Below are positions 11,229 to 23,856 of a DNA stretch of 64,000 nt, one piece after another. Numbering within the stretch: position 1 is the first letter of the stretch; every line of letters starts with the position of its first letter. Made by a program: the position numbers and the translations under genes. The stretch is from Folioceros fuciformis (lineage: Eukaryota), in contig JBNGIO010006037.1 in assembly GCA_049999805.1 (NCBI GenBank), positions 1-64,000 of the forward strand. The letters run 5' to 3'. The notes under the pieces were generated by a model. That model ran no database searches. It was not told the origin of the DNA and worked only from the letters and a program-made list of their open reading frames with translations.

Positions 11229-14200
11229 ATGCTGCTCGCTTGGCGCGTACATTCAAACTGGTCGGGTGGTGGTTCCATTAAAGCTCGTTTCGCAGGAAGA
11301 GATGGATCGTGTGGCGCTTGCGAAGATCGCCCTCAAGGATCCCTTCATTGTGCAGTTTCTGCTCCTGGCAAGGTTCTGGTTGGAGAAGATCTCCAGGCCG
11401 GGTTGGGTCGCTTCCCGACTGGCCATGGAGGGGCAACGTGGGAGGATGGGGCGCTGGAGCGGAGGCTGGGGGCCGTGCTGCGGCTGGATGAGCAGGGGCG
11501 GGTGCCGCCTGTGCATTTGTTTAAGACGGTGTTGCAGGCTTGCACGAAGAGGAAGGCCCTGGCCCAGGCCAGACAGGTGCACGGGATTTTGGCTAAACAT
11601 GGGCTGGAGGGTGATGAGCTTTTGAGCAATTTCTTGGTCACCACACTGATTGGGTGTGGAGGCTTTGCGGATGGAGTGGAGCTGTTTGGGAGGTTGGCTT
11701 GTCGGACGGTTTTGTCTTGGACAGCCATCATCTCAGGGTATAGTAATGCTGGGAAGTGTAGGGAGGCTGTTGCGTGTTTGGAGAAGATGAAGGAGGAAGG
11801 CGTGGAGCCGGATAAGTATACGTTTGTGAGCTTGCTGAAGGCATGCAGCAGGCTGGAAGACCTGGAAGAGGGCAGGCGGATCCATATGGCGGCCGTGGAG
11901 CATGGGTTTGGCTCAGACTTATTTGTGGGGAGCACGTTGATTAGTATGTATGCCAAGTGTGGGAGTATAGCGGATGCGCAGGAGGTATTTGATGGACTGT
12001 CTCATCGGAATGTTGTGTCGTGGAATGCAATGCTTGCTGCGTATGCACAGAAGGGGTTTGCAGAGAGAGCTTTGGAGATCTATGGGCAAATGCAGGAGGA
12101 AGGTGTCTGGCCGGACGGCCGCACCATTGTGAGTGTCCTGCAGTCCTGTGGCTCCCTTGCTGAAATGGAGGAAGGTGCCATTGTAGAGGGGCAAAAAGTC
12201 AAGGTGTTGGCTCTGAGGAAAGGGAGAGGAGTACATGCTGAAGCTGCCAGAATGGGGTTTGATTCAGACGTGTTTGTGGCTAACACGTTGCTTAGTGTGT
12301 ATGCAAAGTGTGGCAGCATGGCGGATGCCCAGCAGGTGTTTGACCGGTTGTCCTGCCGCACTGTAGTTTCGTGGACAGCAATGGTGGCGGCATGTGTGCA
12401 GCAGGATCAAGGAGAAATGGGCTTGCAAATTTACCATGAGATGAAAGAAGCAGGGTGTATGTTCAATTCTTGGACGCTTGTCAACGTCCTTAAAGCTTGT
12501 AGCAGCATTGCAGAAAGAGACCAAGGGGAGCTTGTGGCCGGGCGGAGGATCAAAATGTCCGGACTATGGAAAGGGAAGGAACTACATGCTGAAGTCAAGG
12601 GTGCAGGTCTTGTTTCAGATGCTTTTGTCCTGGAGGCTTTGATCCGCATGTATGTTACTTGTGGCAGCATCAGTGATGCACAGCGGGTTTTCGATGAATT
12701 TCCCAACTGCAATGAAGAAGCATGGACGGCTATACTTGCGGCATATGCCCAGCAAGGCCAAGGAGAGATAGTTTTGCGCTTGTATTTTCAAATGCGAGAG
12801 CTAGGTGTGGGACCGAGTGCTCAAACTTTTGTTCTTGCTCTACAGGCATGCCGTGCCCTTGCTGCAAAAGAGTTAAGCTCGCTAGTGTGTGGTCAAGCCG
12901 TCAAATTGCAGTCGCTGCAATTGGGAAAGGAAATTCATGCAGCAGCTGTCAGCATGGGTTTTGGATTAAACTTGTTTGTTGGTAGCTCTTTGATAAGTAT
13001 GTATGCAAGATGTGGGAGCCTTGCAGAAGCACAGCTAGCGTTTGATAGCTTGCCCAAGCATGACACAGTGTCGTGGACTGCCCTACTTGCAGCATATGCT
13101 CAGCATTGCCAAGGTGAGAAGGCCCTGCAAACATACTTGCAAATGAAAGAGGAAGGCTTCAAGCCAGATGGTCAGACCTTTGTTGGCCTTCTCCAGGCAT
13201 GTGCCACTCTTGCAGAAAAGGAAGTCAGCAATGTCCACGGCATCAAACTGGAGTCACTGCGCAAAGGAAGAGAACTACACTCTGAAGCTGTGAGAATGGG
13301 ATGGGAAACAAACGTGTTTGTTGGTACTGCGTTGATCAGTATGTATGCAAAGTGTGGGTGCATCCCGGAGGCAGAAGAAGTGTTTGAGCGATTGCCTCAA
13401 CAAAACGTCGTGTCATGGTCTGTGATGATTGCAGCATATACACAGCATGACCAAGGGGAGAAGGCCTTACAACTCTATAGTCAGATGCAAGGTGAAGGCA
13501 TGATGCCAGAGGAAACCACCTACCTGTCTGTCCTGGAAGCGTGCAGCAGGACAGGAGCCATAGCGGTGTGCTTGCAAGTCAACAGAAGTATTCTGGAACG
13601 AGAATTTGAGTGTAGCCACTACTTGACAAACACTCTCATTCATGCATACGGCAAATGTGGGAGCATGGTGGATGCTCGTCGTGTATTTGACTCACTTCCC
13701 CGGCCGGACGTGGTGTCGTGGAATGCACTGATTGCCGGGTACGCTCGACTAGGCGATTGTGAGACAAGCATCCGGTGTTTTGAGGAGATGTGTGATGCTG
13801 GTGTTGAGCCAGATGGTGTCACATTCATGGCACTTATCTTGGGATGCAGTCATGCTTGCATGGTGGACAAGGGGCTGATGTACTTCGACAGCATGACTAG
13901 GGATCATAAGATACCTGCAGAGCTGGACCATTATGTCTCGATGATCGATCTCGTCGGTCGGGCAGGGCTGTTCACCAAGGCAGAAGATCTGCTTCGTGAA
14001 ATGCCAATGCAACCTAATTTTAGTGTGTGGCTGTGTTTGCTGGGTGCCTGCCGGAATCATAGCAATGTGATGCTTGGAAGGCATTGTTTCAATTTTGCAA
14101 CTAGCCTTGAGCCAACACACGCCGCACCGTATGTGCTTATGTCAAGCATTTATGCTCAACTTGGCATGTGGGATTCCGCCAAGGAAATAGATGGGCTTAG

Positions 14201-14345
14201 AGAGAGAGCAGGTGTGCGAAAGACGCCTGGCCAGGCCTGGATTGAACATGAAGGAATAGTTCACACATTCCTGGTTGATGATCAAAAGCATCCGCACACG
14301 GCCCACCTGTATGCATTGCTGAAAGGTTTGAGCATGCAGCTGTGA
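11229..14345 (+). CDS. PLS-class PPR protein, E1-E2-E+ (PG box, no DYW deaminase); organellar RNA-editing factor
   Basis: Intronless 1038-aa ORF of P-L-S triplets (MYAKCGS...VVSW). Ends with E motifs and RKTPGQAWIE...HTFLVDDQKHP, then stops before any HxE/CxxC. Confidence 0.93.
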   Translation: MLLAWRVHSNWSGGGSIKARFAGRDGSCGACEDRPQGSLHCAVSAPGKVLVGEDLQAGLGRFPTGHGGATWEDGALERRLGAVLRLDEQGRVPPVHLFKTVLQACTKRKALAQARQVHGILAKHGLEGDELLSNFLVTTLIGCGGFADGVELFGRLACRTVLSWTAIISGYSNAGKCREAVACLEKMKEEGVEPDKYTFVSLLKACSRLEDLEEGRRIHMAAVEHGFGSDLFVGSTLISMYAKCGSIADAQEVFDGLSHRNVVSWNAMLAAYAQKGFAERALEIYGQMQEEGVWPDGRTIVSVLQSCGSLAEMEEGAIVEGQKVKVLALRKGRGVHAEAARMGFDSDVFVANTLLSVYAKCGSMADAQQVFDRLSCRTVVSWTAMVAACVQQDQGEMGLQIYHEMKEAGCMFNSWTLVNVLKACSSIAERDQGELVAGRRIKMSGLWKGKELHAEVKGAGLVSDAFVLEALIRMYVTCGSISDAQRVFDEFPNCNEEAWTAILAAYAQQGQGEIVLRLYFQMRELGVGPSAQTFVLALQACRALAAKELSSLVCGQAVKLQSLQLGKEIHAAAVSMGFGLNLFVGSSLISMYARCGSLAEAQLAFDSLPKHDTVSWTALLAAYAQHCQGEKALQTYLQMKEEGFKPDGQTFVGLLQACATLAEKEVSNVHGIKLESLRKGRELHSEAVRMGWETNVFVGTALISMYAKCGCIPEAEEVFERLPQQNVVSWSVMIAAYTQHDQGEKALQLYSQMQGEGMMPEETTYLSVLEACSRTGAIAVCLQVNRSILEREFECSHYLTNTLIHAYGKCGSMVDARRVFDSLPRPDVVSWNALIAGYARLGDCETSIRCFEEMCDAGVEPDGVTFMALILGCSHACMVDKGLMYFDSMTRDHKIPAELDHYVSMIDLVGRAGLFTKAEDLLREMPMQPNFSVWLCLLGACRNHSNVMLGRHCFNFATSLEPTHAAPYVLMSSIYAQLGMWDSAKEIDGLRERAGVRKTPGQAWIEHEGIVHTFLVDDQKHPHTAHLYALLKGLSMQL

Positions 14346-14571
14346 CTAAACGACGAACGAAATGAAAGTGCTTTTTCTTGACCAACAATTTCCAATTCAA
14401 ACCGCTGTCCTAAGATCTCAAACCAAGCTTTAGATACTGTACCCGTCTCCGTCAAGGGAACGTGATCGCGGGAATGAAAGCACGCAAGAGGATATGCTTG
14501 CCGAAATCCTCGTTTCCTCGCATGAAAAACTTCTTATGGACCGTTGGTTAGCCGGAAGGCGACGGGTTGAA

Positions 14572-15241
14572 TGAGACTGGCCCTGTTGCAGGAGTAAGGC
14601 AGCGTATAGAGGCTTCAGGGGGGATTGGCCTGTAGCAGGCGTAAGTGAAGGAGAGCCTTTGAAGAGATGGTTCGTACAGCTCAGGTCGCTGAAGTCGTTG
14701 GACATCGAGGGATCCCCCGAGCAGCACGGATTGGTGGGGACATCTATCGACCCTGGATTGAGCATGGTGCTGAGGACTCTGGGGGTTTCAAGTTTCTTCC
14801 CGCCGCCATGCAGACGTTTTGTGATCATAGACGCAGAGATGATGGTAGACTGTGGTCCTGACATTTGTTTGACAGTTTCAGCATCTCTGCAGAGTGAGAC
14901 TGCTCCTGGTCCAGGAGGGAGCGAGCGCAGATGAGAAGAGGTAGAGGCTTTGGGCGAAGTTGGGTTGTGGCCGGCGTGCTTGACGTGGAGCCTTTGAAGA
15001 AATGGTTCGCACAGCTACGATCGTTGAATTCATTGGACATCGAGGGATCCTCCCGAGCAGCACGGATTGGTAGAGACTTCTATCGACCCTGGATTGAGCA
15101 TGGAGCTGAGGAATGTGGGAGGTCCAAGTTTCTTCCCGCCGCCATGTAGATATTTTGTGACCGTCGACGCAGAGATGTTGGCTGTGGTAATCTGTGGTCC
15201 TGGTATGTTTCTTGTTTTTGACAGTTTCTGCAACTCTGCAG
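14572..15241 (+). repeat. Diverged tandem duplication, two units of ~325-345 bp
   Basis: Units ~14572-14894 and ~14895-15241 share GAGCCTTTGAAGA..TGGTTCG.ACAGCT, TTGGACATCGAGGGATCC, CTATCGACCCTGGATTGAGCATGG, AAGTTTCTTCCCGCCGCCATG, GACGCAGAGATG, TGTGGTCCTG and TTTGACAGTTTC...CTCTGCAGAGTG. Confidence 0.9.
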
Positions 15242-18200
15242 AGTGGCAGGAGGCCTACATGATGGACGCTGGGACGACCCCATTGATGCCTTGGACCTTC
15301 TGGTGCAGCGAGGGTCTTATGTGCCACCGTCTGTCGTGTATGATGTGCTCAAGGGGTGCATGGCAAAGAGAGATGTGGCTATGGGCAGGCGTGCTCATGC
15401 TCTTGCTCTTCAATCCGGTTATGAGTCGAACACGTTCTTGGCCAACCACCTCATCCGCATGTATGCCTCCCAGGGCACTTTGCAGGAGGCTACGCAGGTT
15501 TTTACCAGGCTTCCTGCACCGGACGCCTTCGTGTGGGCCTCTATTATTTCGGCACATTCTGAGTGTGGACAGGCCACGAAGGCTATAAGCCTGTATCATG
15601 AGATGCAGCAGTCTAGTACTATGGGGGATGATTATGTGACAGTGGCAGTGCTCAAAGCATGTGCTAATGCCGTGGACTTGGCTTCTGGAAAGCAGGTCCA
15701 TGCTGACATATTGAAGAGTGGGGTGAAGCCAAACACATTTGTTGGCAACTGCTTGATGGACATGTACACCAAATGTGGGAGCTTGGAGGCCGCCCGCCGT
15801 GTGTTTGATGCATTGCCAACAAGAGATGTGGTGGCATGGACTGCCATGATTGCAGGATATGCTCAGCACGGATTTGGTAACGAGGCTCTTAGACTGTATG
15901 CGAGGATGCAACAGGAGGGCATCACTCCGACCGATCGTGTGACGTTTGTCTGCCTCCTGAAAGCATGCGCCTGCGCTGGAGCTTTGATTGAGGGCAAGCA
16001 ACTTCATTTTCAGATTCAGCAAAGAGGCCTTGCTGAGGATCTGATGGTTGGCAACTGCCTGGTGGATATGTATGCCAAGTGTGGAAGCTTGGTGGATGCT
16101 AGGAATGTGTTTGACAGCTTGCCTGTCAGGAATGTTGTGACTTGGACTGCTATAATTGCGGGATATGCTCAGCATGGTCGTGGCGAAGAAGCTCTCTCTC
16201 TTCATATGAGTATGCAGCAGGAAGGAGGCACTATGCCCAACAGTTTCACACTCGTGTGTCTGCTGAAAGCATGTGCTGCCATTGGAGCTTTGCATGAGGG
16301 GAAAAAGCTCCATTCCCTCATTCAGGAACAAGGGCTGGAATCTGATGTGGTTGTTGGCACCAGCCTGGTGGACATGTACGCCAAGTGTGGGAGCTTGGAA
16401 GATGCACGAAGAGTTTTTCAGATGCTGCCCACCAAAAATGTGGTAACTTGGACAGCTATGATCTCGGCATGCACCCATCATGGGCTTGCCCAGGAGGCTA
16501 TTACCCTCTACGCCGGTATGCAACAGGGGGGCATCGAACCAGCCAATGCTGTTACGTTTGTGTCTCTCCTGAAAGCATGTGCCAGTGTGGGAGCTTTGTG
16601 TGATGGCAGGGAGATGCATTCCCAGATCCGGAAGAGGGGACTGGAATCTGATGTGGTTGTTGCCAACAGCCTGGTGGACATGTATGCTAAATGTGGAAAC
16701 TTGGAGGGTGCTCGCCTGGTGTTTGACAGATTAAGGACGAAAGATATAGTAACCTGGAATACTATGATCGCAGGATATGTTCAGAATGGGGACGGGCAAG
16801 AAGCACTGAGGCTTTACAGATGTATGCAGCAGGAGGGGATTTCTCCAGCTGATGGTGTCACATTCGTGTGCCTCTTGAAAGCTTGTGCCACTGCTGGGGC
16901 TTTGCCCGAGGCTAAGGAGCTGCAGATTCAGATTCAGAAAAGTGGTTTGGAATCAGATGTAATTGTTGCCAACGGTCTGGTGGACGTGTATGCAAAATGC
17001 GGGAGCTTGGAGGATGCTCGGACAGTGTTCGAGCGAATGCCCATTAAGGATATAGTCACCTGGAACGCCTTGATATCAGGGTACCTGCAGCATGGGCTTG
17101 CGCATGAATCTCTCGCGTTGTACGCACGTATGGAAGTAGAGGCCATAACTCAAGCCGATCATGTCACATTTATGTGCTTACTGAAGGCATGTGCAAGCAT
17201 TGGAGGCCTGAATCAGGGTAAGCAACTTCATGCCCGGATTCAGGACGCAGGCCTGGAAGGCGATGTTATGGTTGGCAGCTGCCTGGTGGACATGTACGCC
17301 AAGTGCGGGAGCTTAGAGGATGCTCGCAGAGCATTCGACAGGTTGCCCACACGAGATGTTGTCACATGGAACGCCCTGCTGAACGGCTGCAGCCAACACG
17401 GGGGCGGCAGGCTGGCTGTGCAGTGGTTCCAGGAGATGCAGCAACAAGGAGTTGAGCCTGACGAAGCCACTTTCACTTGCCTTCTCGTGGCTTGCACTCG
17501 TCAAGGCTTGGTAGATGAAGGTTTCCAGCTCTTCAATTCCATGCTCACGAACCACGGCGTGGCACCTAACGCTTACCACCTCAACTGCCTGGTGGATTTA
17601 CTTGCACGCGCCGGCCGCGTAGGCGAGGCTGAAAATCTGCTGCGGTCCATGCCCGTACAGGATAACGTAGTCGGATGGACATCCTTGCTCACGGCCTGCA
17701 GGACCTTCGGCGACCTAGACCGCGGCCAGCGATGCTTCAACATCCTCACCACAATGCAACCAGATCACGTCCCGGCGTACACCTTAATGGCCAACAGCTT
17801 CGCCGACGCTGGCCTATGGCAGGACGTGGCCAGGATGGAATCGTTGAGAATAACCGTATGTGCCTTCAAGAAGCCTGCCAGGGCGTGGATCGAGCTCAAC
17901 AGCAAGGTACACGCCTTCACTGTCGGCGAGGTGAGGGATGATATCTGCTCCAAACTATCCAGCGTGAACCTGCGCATCAAGCAGCTAGGAGGCCATGTTC
18001 CTCGTACGAACCTGGTGCTCAAGCCAGCTTCGGACGCCGAAAAGGAAGACGCTCTGTGCGGGCACGCTGAAAAGTTAGCTCTGGCATACGGCCTCCTCAA
18101 CACTCCGGACGGCAGCAGCCTGCTGGTCACCAAGAATCTCCGCATGTGCGATGACTGCCATAGCGGCACCAAGGTCCTGTCCAAGATCGAAAATCGGGAG

Positions 18201-18272
18201 ATCATAGTCCGAGACGCCCGCCGTGTCCACAGGTTTGTGGATGGAGTCTGTTCTTGTGGAGACCGCCATTAA
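14931..18272 (+). CDS. PLS-class PPR protein with a DYW:KP ('DRH'-ending) deaminase domain; candidate U-to-C RNA-editing factor
   Basis: Main exon 15242-18272 has about 22 PLS motifs, E1, E2, KKPARAWIE, HAEKLALAYGL, KNLRMCDDCH and HRFVDGVCSCGDRH*. The inferred first exon 14931-15145 joins in frame via a GT-AG intron at 15146-15241; the start is less certain than the body. Confidence 0.92.
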
Positions 18273-18544
18273 TCCGAGCACTGAGCCTGACGATCAATTG
18301 AAACATCAATGAAGATGAAATGAAAATCAACGACGATCAATCGGACCTCGTGTTCCCCATGCGCTCCGTGCCCGTCGCTCGGCGCATGGTGTGGCTACCG
18401 CCATGGTTGTGAGCAAGGAAGCTTAAAGACTCTTGAAGCCGGTGATTGCGACGATCATCGCTTCCTCGCGCCGTCCCGACGTGAGCAGCCAGCGTGAAAA
18501 TGAATCAGAACCGTATGTATATCAAGGGATGAATACGTACCAGG

Positions 18545-18583
18545 ATGTACAAGGTATGTATGTATGTAGGTATGTATGTATGT
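18545..18583. repeat. Imperfect (GTAT)n microsatellite
   Basis: gtatgtatgtatgtaggtatgtatgtatgta. Confidence 0.7.
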
Positions 18584-19113
18584 AACGACTTACATGGACT
18601 GCGTCATACATGCCTACGATATGGCGAACGGCGTGAAAGATGTCACGTGATAATGAAGCGCGATGGAGTTAATGAAACGAGGCAGAGCCAATCGTTTATT
18701 TATAGTTTTATGAGGAAGGCATGGAGATAGTAGGGCCCAGTTCCGCCGGCGTTCCGCCAGCTGCTCGGAGCGAGGCAATGGGGCAAATTGTTTAGAGCAA
18801 TTGTACCAAACCCCGCCCTTTTCCAGCCCTGTGATAGAGTCTCTTTCTTCATTCTCCTTGTTCTTTCTCGCTCATTCCGTTCTTCCCGCCACACTATCCA
18901 TCCAAGCATCCATTGCGCGAGAACCTTCGGGGTGATGCGATGCGGATCGTGGGAGCCGACTCCTGAGCCGTTACCCATCGCGTGGCCTGATTTTTCCCAG
19001 CTCGAGAGTCGTGTGTTTCGGCTGAAATCGGTGGTGGTAGTCGAGGGATTAGCGCCTTCTCTATAGCACGACTGGCTCCGCCTCGGCCGCAGCTCCGGCT
19101 CTCTGACTTCTGA

Positions 19114-21175
<2,062 letters not shown>

Positions 21176-23856
21176 ATCTCTCTAAACCTGTACCATATAA
21201 ACCTTGTGAAGGATAGTTGCACGCACTGGCAGAATGGGACATGGTATTCTGTTCTGAAGGGAATGCCCTGGTCAAGTCCTGTCATTCTACATCTCACAGG
21301 AAGAAGACAGTTTTAAGATTGAGCCTTCTTTCTGCTACTATTTTTTTCGGGTGGACTTGTGTTGAGCCTTAGTTTTCAAGTCTTCCTCTCCCCCTCCCCC
21401 CCCCCCCGGCTGCTCCTTCTAGCTGAGGCAAGCCCTTCTCCAGTCGAAGTACCCAGTGGAACGTACCAACAATTAAGACTGTTGTTACTAAGTTCTAGGT
21501 GTTGAGCAGTTTATGTAAAAGCGGTGCCTGTTATAACGGTCTCCAGCGTAATGGAGCTACATTATTGTCCCTACCTTGCAGGCGAGCCTGGTATGTCTCT
21601 CTTGTGGTGGTTACCGCTGACACCGATCCACATCCCGCATCCTTGCAGCATGGATCAACTCAACAAGGAACACATCACTTACGAACAGGGGTTAGGAGGA
21701 TGGGTAAGCGAACTCCTGAAATCTGTCATCTCCTTCCCGCTGGTCATTTTCATGCCTGTTCCGCTGGTGGACGCATATGAGGGCACGCCGCCTCCCGAGC
21801 GACGGGCGGGCAACTGTCATCGTACATTACCCGGATCAACAAATGGTAACGTTAGGAGAGGTGCGAGATTTTTGGGATGAATACCAGGCCCCGCATGCTG
21901 GTCAGTGGTAAAGTTTGCGGCAATCTTCCCTCCGTCCCGTCCCGTCCCGTCCCCTCTTCCCCTGCAACAACAGCCAGCTGTCCCCGCCACAGCAGCGGCT
22001 AGGTAGGACGCAATAAAGGGCGTTATGTGCCCAGGTCGCTCGCTTGACCCTGGCTGGCCCACAACGTTGGCATCTGTGATCCTGTGCCTGGCTGAACGGT
22101 AGTGTGTTGTTGTGCAGGCCGGGCGAGCCACAGATTCTCATTTACGTCTGTCGAGCTTTCACCAGGAGCTGCTCAAGGTGGGCCAGTGACCACTCTGACT
22201 CAACCCCAGGCTAGGCTGCGATGCATGCTATATGCCAAGACAAGAGCCCTGGCAGGCCGGGCCACCCTGCCCTAGTTGGCGGGCGGCGTGAGGCTTGAGG
22301 CATGAGGCGTCACCTCCGTGGTAGGTGCCGGTCCCGATCAAGTTCAAAGGTCGCACAAACTGGAACGTGGTGCTCACAGCAGTCGACGCGCGCCGGTTGC
22401 TCTTGGCTTCCTCGAGCGTCGAGGTAACGAAGCCGCCAACACCAGGCACGCACGCATATTCCATTTCCTAGGTCAACAAAATCTGCTTCCTTCTTCACGT
22501 TCCAGACGGCGTGCATCTAACCTGTCTTCTGCCAGGAGACGCACACGCATGGAACTTGGCTCGCTGCCTCCCTCCCTCCCTGCAGCCTGTTCTGTGCTAC
22601 GCTACGCTACGCTAATCCCACAGCTTCTGGCCATGGGCCGCATATTCGGATGTTTCTCTCCCTCCTTTGCTTCTTCAAAACTAGAACCCGTCTAGGGCAA
22701 GGTGTGGACCATGTACTCGCCGCTGTCTCTGGTAGGACTCGAAAAGGACTCCTGGTCCGGGTTCACACCGTACTACCCGGTAGACGTCGAAGTCGTAAAA
22801 GGCCCGCTCGAACTGAGAGTCTGAGACGATTGACATAAATATGTACATACGTATGGAGTGGTCAGCCATCACCACGGCTCCGTCATGAGCCTATTTCATA
22901 TTTGTGAGAAAACATTAACAAAAAAGAAAACCATATCCCAAGTACATACACATGCATACGGACGTCACGTCCCTCCAATAGCCTGTCCGTTGCGCGGATC
23001 TGGGGGCCCGGATGCAAGGCTCGAAACTTCTGCAGAAGCAGCGCCCTCCAGTTCAAATCAATGCATTCGAATTTGTGAGGGTCAGAAAGGTGGGTTAAAA
23101 ACATGTAGTATTCGGCCTAGGTCATAACTCTTATGCTTTTTCAATACTAAATATATTGATATTGCTGTGGCCACTCCGACAGCGCCAGCTACCGCGGTCG
23201 CTGGACTTGTGGTGCTCAATCCGGGCCGACCTCGGGTCCGTCATCGCCCGGGCGCCAGTGTCCACTTGGGACCGCGGCTCTGCGCAGCTCGTCATGTGTT
23301 TTTGAGTTGTGCTGGGTCCGTTCCGTGCTGCTACTGTGGTTCCAGGCGGCGCCCTGCCCTGTGAGTGTGCGTGGTTTGGTGTGAGTCAGTCAGGATTTGG
23401 GAGCGTGTGCACGGGATGTGGCACAGCCTGGTGCTCAGCTGCAGAGGAATTGGAGGACGGAGGTCATTGGAGTGCGGATTTCGGGAGTACCTGCGGAGTG
23501 GATTGTCGGATCGGTCGGCTGTGTGGCGGGAGGGATTCGCACTGTCCGCTGGGGATGGGTTGGAGGAGTGGCCGCTGCGGTGTGCTCGCGTGCTGCGACA
23601 ATGAGATGTAGTCCGGTTAGGTGGCAGGGGTGAGTGAATTTGTGGCTGTGCAGCCGGGTTGAGAGGTGGCCTTGGTGGTTACTGTTTTGGATTGTGACGG
23701 ACAGAGTTTCGTAGGAGGAGGAATAAAGTGGATCCGTGCCTGAATCCTTCTGGCCAAGGTGGTGTTGTTGGCGGGGTTTCTGCGGCAGGGAGTGAGAGGT
23801 GCGGATGACAAATTGTTGGCAGCCAAGGCTTGACTAGAGAACCTTTGAGGGAAGTC

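Noticed and set aside
15255-16619. 454-aa minus-strand ORF and similar frames within the PPR genes
   Set aside because: Antisense shadows of repetitive PPR coding sequence.
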